From a virus (Duplodnaviria > Caudoviricetes): a stretch of DNA of 46,377 bases. The stretch spans positions 1-46,377 of the IMG/VR virus record IMGVR_UViG_3300030372_002499, one strand, 5' to 3'. The position numbers were made by a program, and so were the translations under genes. Shown here in pieces: positions 1-11,000 of this stretch (position 1 is the stretch's first letter; each line of letters begins with the position of its first letter). The notes below the pieces were generated by a model. The model did no database searches. It saw nothing but the letters and a program-made list of their open reading frames with translations, and was not told where the DNA came from.

Positions 1-1346
1 CTTCCGTCGTTGTAATCAGCTACAAACCCTTGAGTGTAATATTCTAAATACGAAGAATTAGTACAACCAGGTGTGTAATAACAACTGCTGTCGGTAGTAT
101 TTGCCGTGCTATCATAATTAATAGCTAACGAATCTAAGCATCCAAATATTTTTTCTTCACAAGTATTACCACAATTTGTTATAATGTGATATGGTAATAA
201 AGGTTGTATAAACGGGGGTTGTATACTTATAAGTGTATCACCTTCTGGGTTTATAAAAGTAAAACCACATTCTATTGTCGTCAAACTAGCTTGTGAAGAT
301 ATATGAAATCTAAATGTAACAGGGTCTGGCGCAGTTAATCCTACATAATATACATCGTCGAACCCACCAGTGTGAGTAAATTGGTACGATGTGTCAGGAT
401 GTATTAACTTTAAATGAGATCCTACCCAGCCATTACCCATTAAATCGTGTAATACTAATGTGTAAACACAAGTATCTATTAGTTCCATTGTATTAGCACT
501 TGAATCATAATTATACATCGTGCTATCTGTACAACCAAATATTTTTAACGTTTGGCAACTACCATCATCTACATCTGCAAAAGGATTCCACTCTATATAA
601 TCATTATCTGTACATCCATATATAGGAGGACATGAGTCAGAAACAAATATATGTGAAGTATCATTACCAAACGCGGGATCAGTCCCGTATATCAATGTAT
701 CGTTACACTGTTTTAAATAATAGGAGCCATCTTGTCCTTGCCACAAACTACCATTTAAACCATCTCCATAAGTATCATAAATTGTAAACACTAATGGTCC
801 TTTAGGTATGTTAACATGCTCTACAACTGTAGCGTAATCAGGTTGAGCGTTATATCCGCCTCCTGAAGCATAAGTCATTCCATTTGTATCTTTTATATCC
901 CAACTTGTTTCACTTTGGTATTGATCTAAGTTTATTATAACCTTAGCTGATACCATTTGTAATGGTGGTGGTTGAGGCATGCATTGTGGTACAACTCTGT
1001 TATGTATTAAACCCGTAGTAAAAGTACTAGTAGGATAATCAATAATCGTATCACCACATATAGTAACATAATATTCACCATTAGTTATACCATCTCCATA
1101 CTGATCAAATATAACCCAAGATATATTAGTTATACTATCTGGAATATAAACAGTATCACTATTTATAGTGCCAACAGAAGTATAATAACCATAATCAATG
1201 TATGACAAAGTGTCACCTTGATAAGCGTCTTTATATAAAGTCCATTTAGTTTCTCCTGGATAACTATCTGTTTTTATATGTATAACAACCTCTTTTTGAG
1301 CGAGAGTTATTATAGGTAATAATAATAATAATAATATCTTTTTCAT
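1..1346 (-). CDS. Secreted Cys-repeat (GC[TL]D...DGSC) protein with signal peptide; 3' end truncated by the window edge
   Basis: Not in the ORF track because it has no stop in the window. Hand translation from ATG at 1346 gives MKKILLLLLLPIITLAQKEVVIHIKTDSYPGETKWTL..., open to position 1. Two D-x-Y-x-x-E-T-x-W ... D-x-Y-G-D-G modules, then GCTDNDYIEWNPFADVDDGSC, GCTDSTMYNYDSSAN, GCLDSLAINYDSTANTTDSSC and GCTNSSYLEY repeats. Start abuts the TAA of the upstream gene. Confidence 0.85.
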   Translation of the reverse strand, partial: MKKILLLLLLPIITLAQKEVVIHIKTDSYPGETKWTLYKDAYQGDTLSYIDYGYYTSVGTINSDTVYIPDSITNISWVIFDQYGDGITNGEYYVTICGDTIIDYPTSTFTTGLIHNRVVPQCMPQPPPLQMVSAKVIINLDQYQSETSWDIKDTNGMTYASGGGYNAQPDYATVVEHVNIPKGPLVFTIYDTYGDGLNGSLWQGQDGSYYLKQCNDTLIYGTDPAFGNDTSHIFVSDSCPPIYGCTDNDYIEWNPFADVDDGSCQTLKIFGCTDSTMYNYDSSANTMELIDTCVYTLVLHDLMGNGWVGSHLKLIHPDTSYQFTHTGGFDDVYYVGLTAPDPVTFRFHISSQASLTTIECGFTFINPEGDTLISIQPPFIQPLLPYHIITNCGNTCEEKIFGCLDSLAINYDSTANTTDSSCYYTPGCTNSSYLEYYTQGFVADYNDG

Positions 1347-1712
1347 TTAAAAATCACTCATTAATTGGTTATCTATTTCTTCTTGTACCTCTTCTCTTGT
1401 TGCTAATAGTTTAAAACTTAAATCAGCTTGAAATCTAGCAACTTCTTCACCATCTTTAAATATTATAATTGTAGGTACAACGGCTATTTTATATTTTTTT
1501 TGTGCTTCTGTATCTTCAGCTATATCAACATAGCTTTTAGTATTACAATCTGTTAGAGACATAATCCAATCAGCACCATTGTCTTTGTTCCATCCCGCAT
1601 TAAAATGTACAACTTTTATTTGACCAAAAGAAACGGTTGATAGTAATACAAATAATATTATTAACAAGTAAACAGCATATATTTTTGGCGAGGGCGTTTC
1701 ATTATCTGTCAT
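1347..1712 (-). CDS. Thioredoxin-fold protein lacking CxxC, with N-terminal signal/anchor
   Basis: Hydrophobic N-terminus (IYAVYLLIILFVLLSTVSFG-Q); VVHFNAGWN where thioredoxins have VDFWAxWC; YKIAVVPTIIIFKDGEEVARF matches the thioredoxin C-terminal half with the cis-Pro. Confidence 0.75.
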   Translation of the reverse strand: MTDNETPSPKIYAVYLLIILFVLLSTVSFGQIKVVHFNAGWNKDNGADWIMSLTDCNTKSYVDIAEDTEAQKKYKIAVVPTIIIFKDGEEVARFQADLSFKLLATREEVQEEIDNQLMSDF

Positions 1713-1983
1713 ATAATTTATCTTCTATTTTTTCAAGAGTAACTTTTATTTCTTGCACATCCTCTTGTGTGTCCATAATAGTTTGTCGTATCATTTGATC
1801 TTTCATGTCAAACTCCATACGAGTTACCTCCGGATCAAGTGGTGGTGGTAGTTCTTTAGCTTCGGCTATGTCTGCTTGCAATGTGAACCACATACCTGCT
1901 AACGTAGCTACTGCAAAACCTAAGGCTATTATTGTTTTTACACTTAATACGAATCCCGTATCTTCATTTAATTCTTTTGCCAT
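1702..1983 (-). CDS. Small single-TM protein with C-terminal coiled coil
   Basis: TIIALGFAVATLAGMWFTL hydrophobic helix, then heptad-like DVQEIKVTLEKIEDKL; overlaps the next gene by 11 nt. Confidence 0.7.
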   Translation of the reverse strand: MAKELNEDTGFVLSVKTIIALGFAVATLAGMWFTLQADIAEAKELPPPLDPEVTRMEFDMKDQMIRQTIMDTQEDVQEIKVTLEKIEDKLYDR

Positions 1984-2027
1984 TTTTGTAGTTTACTTTA
2001 TTATTATAATATTACGTATTTTTTTGA

Positions 2028-5000
2028 TTATTTACTTTTCTTTTTGTTTTCTAGTTCTATAATTTTGTTTACTCTGTCTTCTTCATACTTTAACTTTTTT
2101 ATTTGTTTTGAAGACAAGCCTAAATCAATCAACATATTTACTTGATCTTTTTTATTCATTTTAAATAAATCTATAGATCTTTGCTCTGATTCAGATGGGA
2201 CGTAATTTTCTATAGCTGTTAATGTAGAATCCATTTTTTCAGGATCTTTATTATAATGTTCTATTATAATGTCAACTCTATCTTTTTCTTTAGGATAATC
2301 TTTAGGATTTAATTTTAAATCTTCTATTATTTGTACTTGTTCTCTTTTGTTTAAATCAAAGATTTGTTTTGCTTTTTCTTCTATTACAACAGCTTCGTCA
2401 ATTTGCTCGTCTGTTTTGTCAGGATATTTTTCTCTTAGCTTCTCTCTTTCTTTTTCTGCTTTCTTTCTTTCTTTCTCCATTTGCTTCTCCTGCTTCTTTC
2501 TTTCTTTTATATCCTCTCCTAAAGCTACTAAATCAGGATCTTTTATACCAAGGTTCCATGTGCTCCAACCAAAAAGCAACGCTAATCTTTGAGTCCAAGT
2601 ATTTTGTGAATCTAGCGCATTATCTATATTTAACATCTTGTTTGACAGTCTACCAAGAGGTAAATTTGTAAAACCTTCTACAGTGTTACCTATAGCGTTC
2701 CAAACAGGATTGTCTAATGTTAAACCTCTCTCTCTAATTAAATCTCTATTAAATTCTTCAGTTCTCATAGATTGATATATTTTTCTAATTTTAGACTGTA
2801 TTGGTGGAGAAAAACTTAATAACTGTAATATAGTGTTAGCATGTTCTGCTCTTGTAAAGTAGTTATCATCTAATGTTTTTTCTCTTTGCTTGTGGTATTC
2901 AAGTAAAGTATTTTTTAACGTAGATATAGCCTTACCACCATAACCAATAGTTGTTAACAAAGTATCTAACATACCGTTAAGTATTCTTGTTTTTCTTTCG
3001 TCAAACTTTTCTTCTTCTTCGTCTCCTAGCACTGCCCATATAGCTGTTTGTAAAGACTGGAATAATATATTAGCTAAAAATCCATAGTAAATAATTTTAG
3101 ATATATGAGTTTTTAAATCACCCCTACCATTTGCTATATCTCTAGCGGCTTTATTTATAACCCTACCGTATTGCATAGGTGTGTTTTGAAAAGACAATAT
3201 TAATCTACCTAAAGGACTGGTTTGTTGTTGAGAAAGCATATCAGGTCTAGCTGACTGCTGTGATACCTCCGTTGTTTCTTGAAAGTCTAAAAACGCACGT
3301 TCCTCAGCTTCTGCTCTAGACATACCTTGTTTTAGATACGAATTAACTCTGTTTCTATAAAAACTAGCGCCACCAGATGCAATAGCAAAACTATCAGCTA
3401 TCTGTGTAGGTAAAAATCCTATTTTTAATAAATATCTTATAGCCGCCTTAGCTTGTTCAGCAGGACCTTTACCTCTTACCGCTGCAGATAACTCAGCTTC
3501 ATTTACGCCTCTTCTATTACCAGCTCTTCTTTGTTTTAAATAATCAGAGTTGAACAGAAATACAAAGTCTTTCCAGTATTGTTTTTGATTTGCAAACGCA
3601 GCCGCTGCTTTTAACGGGTTGTTGTCTGACCAATTTAAATAGTTTACACTAGATATAGTCTGTAACAAAGCAGAACGCATGTTAAAGAACATTATAGCAC
3701 CTACAGAACCATTTAACCAGTTCATATACTCATTCATTAATCTACCTCCACCAGATTTTCTGCTTCTACCAGTTTCCATACGCCAAAGCATATCTTTTAA
3801 AGCTTCTCTAAATTTACTACCATATATAGCCTCAATCTTGTTTAGATTTTCTTCAGAAAATATTTCGTTTTTATTTTTAATCCATTCAGCTAAAAAATCA
3901 GCTCTTACTTCACCGATAGAGCCATCACTCATTAAATCAGAAGCGATATTTTCTATCAGCCAGTCATTTGATGGTTCTGCATAACCTCTTTCTCTTTTTG
4001 ATATCAAACCAAGTTGATCCGCAAAAGACTGTATATTAACGTCTGACTTTACAAAATCAACTAAACCTTTTTGATCTCTTTTTGAAAGACCAGGTATTGT
4101 AAACCCTGCTTTATCCCATAAATAAACTCTTATAGCTTGATCAACACTAAATTTACCAACAGAACCTTTTATACCAAACTTACTTAAGTCTTTCTTTAAT
4201 TTATTTTTAACGTCTGGTAAATTCTCTTTTAATCTATTATAATCAGTTGTAGCAGATTGCTTAGCTGCGTTTAATTCGTTTATTCCTCTAGAAAACGGAT
4301 CAATTAAAGTTTTTCTAAAAAACTCCATTTGTTTTTCACCCACTTTGCCCTTACCTAAGAAATTATATAATAGACCTGCAAAATCTTGTGCAGAAGAAGG
4401 TATAATACCTCTAAATTTAAATTTATTTCCTTCTATTTTAGCTTGAGTCTCTGAAAATACTTTCTCAGCTTTCATACCAGTAGTTGCCTCTAATATATTT
4501 CCAAGTTCTTTACCTATTTTACTAAACTGTATACCAGGTGGTAATCCTTTTATATCTGGATCAATTTTAGCTATTTTAGGTAAATCAAGTCTTAATTTAC
4601 CATCAACTCTTTTCATTACATCCATTAATTCAAATTCACCTACTTTAGTAGAAAAACCTACTTCTGTAACAACTTGATCTTTACCACTTGGACCTCTATA
4701 TCTCCAACCTTCACTTTCTATACCTTGAGATTCTAAATGTATTTTTCCAAACCAATAGTCTGTATTACCTTCTGTTATCTCATGTGCTATTAAATCACCA
4801 AAATTTGGAACAACATCTTTTGCGCTCATGTCTCCTAGACCGTTATTAATAGAACTGGTACGACCTTTAGATATAGTACGAGTTTCTATAGCTTTACCGT
4901 TTTTAAATGAAGTTTCTCTTTGTATAGTACCGTCAGGTCTATATTGAGTTTCTTTTACAGTTTGTCCATTTACTTTATTTTCAACCTTTCTAGTTCCAGC

Positions 5001-8000
5001 TGCATACTCATATATTTGATCGTACTCTTTACGTTGGTTATATAAAGTTTCTACAGTATTACCATCTTCACTAACTGTTCTAGTTTCCAATACAAACTCT
5101 TGATATTTTCCGTCGCCAATAGGTACTAACTCTGCTTTTTCTGTAACTCTACCTTTTTTAATATTTACAACAGGCTCGTCTGTATTGTTGTCCATTCTAT
5201 CCCAATATTGATTACTAGCATAGAAAGCCAATAACTTTCCATTTTGGAATACAATTCTTTTTGGACCATCTGAATATCTCTCCCAATTTTCCATAGCGTC
5301 TTGCATTCCACCAGTACCGTCTTTATCTCTAGCAATAATACACCAAGGATTAGATTTTGGTCCCCAATGTGTATCTACAATTTTTCTAACAGCCTGTTGA
5401 CCATCATCAATCCAAAACTCATTATTTTCTCTATCTTCAGTAACTACATACTCCGTTATACCATACTTATCATTAGTTTTACTTTCGTCTTTTACAAACA
5501 ATTCTATCGTATCAGGATCAATTGGTCCTTTTGGTTTACCAGCGTATTTTTCTATAATTTGATTAGGATTACTATATGCGAATATATCTTCTTTATTTTT
5601 TTCAGCTAGTTCTACAGCGTCTTGTAACTTATAATTATCTTCTGGTAGCTTCATAACACTAGTAGCCAACCATTTAGTCATTATCTTTTCGTACTTTCTT
5701 CTTTTAGCAGGAGGTACACTTAAGTTATTGACAAGATCAAACATCTGATCAACGCTTTGTGATACTAAACCTGCTTCTACTAAATCAGGTCTACTTTTAG
5801 ATATTAAATTTTCGTATTCACCTCTATGTTTCTTTGAGAATTGAATGTTGCTATACACACCGTCAGCAGTAAGCGTTCCTACGTCTTTTACATTATTTAT
5901 ACCCGTATTATCACCGGCTTTAGTGACAGGAATTATACGATCCATTTCAAAGTTGATTTTTCTACTTTGTTGTATCTTAGCCTGTATAACCTCAGATTTA
6001 ATGTCTAGTTGATCTAATACGTCTTTAACAGCTTTAACATTTTGCATAGCGTCGTCAGCAAAATATATATCATTATAACCTTCAGAAAACTTTTCTAATA
6101 TCCACTCTGCTTTTGCTTCACCAGTACTATTGCCTAAACCAGTTATATTTTCTAACGGTATGTTTAATCCTTGAGAAGCTAAAAACTCCTGTATAGGTTG
6201 TGCAGACTCAGGTGGTCTAGCAGTTAGTACATAGGTATCTTCGGTTCCATATTTTTGAGCTCTATCAAATGCTGCTTTAAACATAGGTCCTTGGGTGCCC
6301 TCTGTTACAACATTAAATTCAGAGAAATCAAATACACCACCTTGCTCTAGTATTTCCGCTCCTTGTGTTGCAAACTCTTCTGCATCTAATCTTATCTTTT
6401 TATAGCTATTAACAAAGTCATCTATTTTTTCAACTAATTTATTAGGCATCGGACTATCTTGAGTTAAATTATCAGTTTTAACTTGCATAAACCTATTACC
6501 AAATATATCTTTAAAAGCTTTTTTATTACCTTGAACAGCTTCATGGTTTCTGATAACTATTTTGTCTAATAAAGATCTTTCTGCTCTGGCTTTATTACGT
6601 TCTAAGGCTGTTTCTAAGGAGGTTTCTACAAAAAGCATACTTACATCATACCCTTTCTCTTTAAATTCATCTACAAGCTTCTGCATAGCGTTAAGAGATC
6701 CACCTGTACCGTCTACAACTATTCCCTCTGCATTACCTTGGTATTTCATCATTTTTCCTCTAGCTATTTTTCTAGCTTGATGACCAAGTTTACCTAAAGT
6801 ACTTCTTTGTTCTTTAGTAAGATCATTCATGTTTTCTGGTAAACCGTTATTTTTCTTAAGCCACTCTAAAGATATATCTTGATTAACTATTTTAAATCCT
6901 TTATTTTCTAAGTTTAGTTTGCTTACAACATTAGATTTACCACTACCAGCTCCTCCAGCTAGGAATATAACTTTTCTACCTGGTTGCGGCGTGCCTTCAG
7001 GGTTTGGTATTGTAGCTCTAACCCCAGATTTAGTAGTAGCTAATGTATCATCAAAATCCCAAGCACTCATACCTCTACGTTCAGTATTATGGTCTATTAA
7101 ACGAGAGTTTTGCACGGCTCTACTTTGCTGTGTTCCTTTTCTGTGATTCAATGTTTTATTATAGTAATCAACATGCGTTTGCCCTACTATCTCTCCTGTC
7201 TTCCAGTTTATCAACAAGTGAGCAGGTCCACCTAAAAGCATACTGTCGTTCCATCTTCCAAGAGGCGAATCACCTATTTGAAAACCAAAGTTCATACGTT
7301 CTTTAAAAAACCTTGAAACATTATCATTAAAGTCTCTATGTAAAACACCTACTTGAAAAGTCTTTTTTATATCATCTAAACTTATGTCCGCGCTATTCCA
7401 ATGTTTATCAATAAACATTAGGTTTACTTTTCTAGCTGGACCACCATGCTCCCATTCAAAAGTCTTCTTACCGTTTTCATCTTTTACTTCAGTAGTAGGT
7501 GCGTCTAAAGCTAACCACATAGGAGCCGCGCCTATTCTAAGCGGTGTTCCCATATCTTTATTCATTTGGTCGATTAAGATAGCAAAGTTGTATTTATTCC
7601 ATTTAGTAGTAGGATCTTTAGATAATTTAGCACCAATAGCATATAAATCATCTACAAACAAGAGAGCCTCCTCAGACAACTCTTCTCTCTGTTCCATTTC
7701 AGTAATTAACTCTTTAGATAAAATAGGGTTGTTATTTTTATCTCTTTGTATTATATGTTGTTTTTCTGTTTTTTGTTTTCCACTAGTAGCGTATTTATAA
7801 TAATCTGGTCGTTTTACAGAAACTGTTTTACCATTTACTGTTATTCGTAAAGGAGGGTTAGGATTTTTTAATGTAACCCTGTCTCTTGTTATTGATTCTA
7901 AACCTGGTACAATGTGTATTAAAAAATTATCAAAGTAAAAATCTTTATTTTTAAATATAGATTGAGAGCCTCTTAATCCACTGTACCCACCTTCAAACGC

Positions 8001-11000
8001 TGCTTTTAATCCCGCGAATCTAATTAAAGCTTGTAATTCAGCTGGAGTAATACCTAGTTCTTCAGCAGCTTTAATTATTTCGTTATCAAAAACGCCTCTC
8101 TCATTTAATTTTTTTATATATGGCGCGATAAGATTTCTATTATAAGATCTTTGATTTTCTCTATTAATTTCGTTTTCTATCCAAGATTTTAAAGGTCCTA
8201 AATCAAACACTTTAGCAAGTACAAACTCTGGGTCTTGTGTAGCTTCTAGAGTTAAGTAATCAATAAGGTTGAAGTCACTATTTAATTCTATTGGTTTTTC
8301 ATAGTTTTTAAATTTTTCTACAAATAACTCTCTATACTTGTTGTATTCTTTGTATAATTCGTTTTTATAATTAACACTATTATATGTCCACTGCGTATTT
8401 GGATAAGCGATTTCTAAGCCTTGATAAAACACTTCTTTAAATAATTTTGTGTTTTCATCAACCTTACTTACACCTAGTTGATTTAAAACCCCAAGAAAAG
8501 TAGCTCTGTTATTACTATAGTCATTTATTAATTGCTCAACACCAGATTGAGCTATTTTTTTACTATATTGAACATCTGCTTTACCACTAGCTATAGTTTC
8601 TAATCCAAATAACCCACGTTCATTAGCAATTTTTCTTGTAGATTGATTAGCTATCAATGCGGCAACTTGTACTACAATTGCTCTTAATGGACTATCAACA
8701 CTTCTGTCTTCTGTTCTAAATTTACTTTCAACTCCCACGGGTGTTATACCAAACAAATCTAAGAAGTGAGATTCGTTTATATCATTAACAAAGTTCATTA
8801 CTTGAAGAAAAGGACCAGCGCCACCTTTATCTTTTTTCTTTGGTGGGAATATAAATCTTCTACCAACTCTTTGTTTTACGCCTGTTTTAGCTCTTTGCTC
8901 TTGTTTGTTATATAATAAGTTTGGCTCTCCAGTTTCTGGGTTTTTAGCATTTAATAAAACGTTTGGTAAACCAGTAGCTTCAGCAACGTTATTAAATCCT
9001 TCAGGCAAAGCATTTAATAAAGTTCTAGCTGTAAGTGATCTTATTTTTGTTTGTATAGATCTTCTTTCAGATACGGTTAATGCTGTATCATTTATTAGTT
9101 TATTTGGATTAACTCCAAACTCTGCTGCTACTTTGTTTAATATTTTTACTAAAACCCCACCTTTAACTAAATCCTTAACGTCTTTATAAGATTTTGGATT
9201 AGCTTCTACTATCTCGTTAAAAATATCTTCAACTATTAAATCAAATTCATTTCTAGTTATTTCTTTTCCATTATCATCTTTACCAATAACCTTTTCATCA
9301 AACCCAAGTCTTTTAGCAAACACAACAGTTCCTTCTGGAGTTTCTATAACTGACTCTTCAATACCAGGTTCTTTAGCCGCGTCAAGAGCTTCTCTTCTCT
9401 TTTTAAAATCTTCTAGTACTCCAGGTTTTTTAAGCAATATGTGTCTAGCCAACCAGCCAGATAAGTCACCAGTCATAACTCCTTTATATTCTGTTTCTGG
9501 ATTATAGTTCATTACAGCTGTACTTAATTGGTCTTTTACGGCTTGTATAAATTCATCTTTTGGAAAACCATAAACTTCATTACCTTCTATTCTAAATCCT
9601 AATCCTACAATAGAACCGTTAAGAGTTTCATCTCCAGGAGTTAATAACATCGCAGCGTCACCTACTTGATCCATATCATATTGATCCTTTGTTACAATCT
9701 CTCCCTCTTGATTCCTTACTAAATCATTTATTTGAGTTTGCACAGATCGCTGTATTTGTAGCTCATCTCCAACTAAATCAGTTCTTCCTTTAGCTCTTTC
9801 TAGTTGTGATTTATAAACAGCTGATAACTCACCTTTTCTAAAAGATTCTATATAGCTAACAACTTCAAATATAGCGTCTCTACTACTTTTAACCGTGTAA
9901 TCACCTACCCAACTTCTAATTTTACCAAAGCGCCTACCTTCACTTAATAATTTTTTATAAATAAAATCATTACTTCCATCTTGTAACGTAAACTCTGCTT
10001 CTCTTATATACTCGTCTAACCAAGTGTTTATTTGATCTTTTTTAGTTATTGTGTTACCATCTTTATCCACGCTAACAACTTTATTAACATCAGCATCTTG
10101 GAGCATATTGTATACTCCTTCTACGTTTTTCATAACCTCACCATCTATAAGATAACCTTTGTCTTCTAAATGTTGTATGGCTATATCATTAATAGCGCTA
10201 CTATATTTACCCTCAAGTAATCCTTTTGATAACAAAAGTGCTTTTTCATTTAATTCCGCTCTTGACTTTGTAGAGTTGTCTAAATAATGCCCAGTTTCAT
10301 GTAACCATACTGCTCCTACAAAAGCCTTATTTCTTTCACCTACATTAGTACTGTTTAAAAGATTCTTAGCTTCATTATTTACAGTTAAAAATTTATTGTT
10401 GACTATAGCTCCATTACCATTTGTTATCGCAAGTAGTACATTGTCATATTCCTTAGCGCTAAGATTTAACCCGTCTAAATAACTTCTTATTTCGTTTTCA
10501 TTTTTACCTTGTAAATTGACTATTGTAAGATCTTTACCTGTTATATTTTTAACTTGTTCATTTATTCGATCAGCATTTATCTCACCTTCTTCAAACTTAG
10601 TAAAATCTCTACCTGTATTAGCAGAAATTCTTTTTCTAGCAACATGTCTGTACCACGCATCTAACTTTTGTTTTTGTTCGCTAGTTATTCTTTTTTTATT
10701 ATTTTGTTCTTTCCATTGCTCTTGATTAAGTTTTGTTTCTTGTTTGTCAAGAGTAGTGTTGGATTCTGTAGTCACCCCAGCTTCTTTTAACAATATTTCT
10801 ACCTGATTACCAGCTGCTTCATCATTATTTACTACAATATTATATTTTCCTTCACCAGTAAGTTTACCTTCGTTTTTTAATCTATTTAACTCTTTATTAA
10901 ATTCTTCTACACTTTCATATTGAACACCGTTTATTTCGTAAGAAGGATCAGGACTAAAAACTTTTTCTTCTACTAAGTCAGAGTATGTTTTTCCTTCTTC

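Noticed and set aside
6400-6985. Stand-alone zeta toxin of a toxin-antitoxin pair
   Set aside because: The kinase is an in-frame domain nested in a HAD fold within the giant protein; no antitoxin gene is adjacent.
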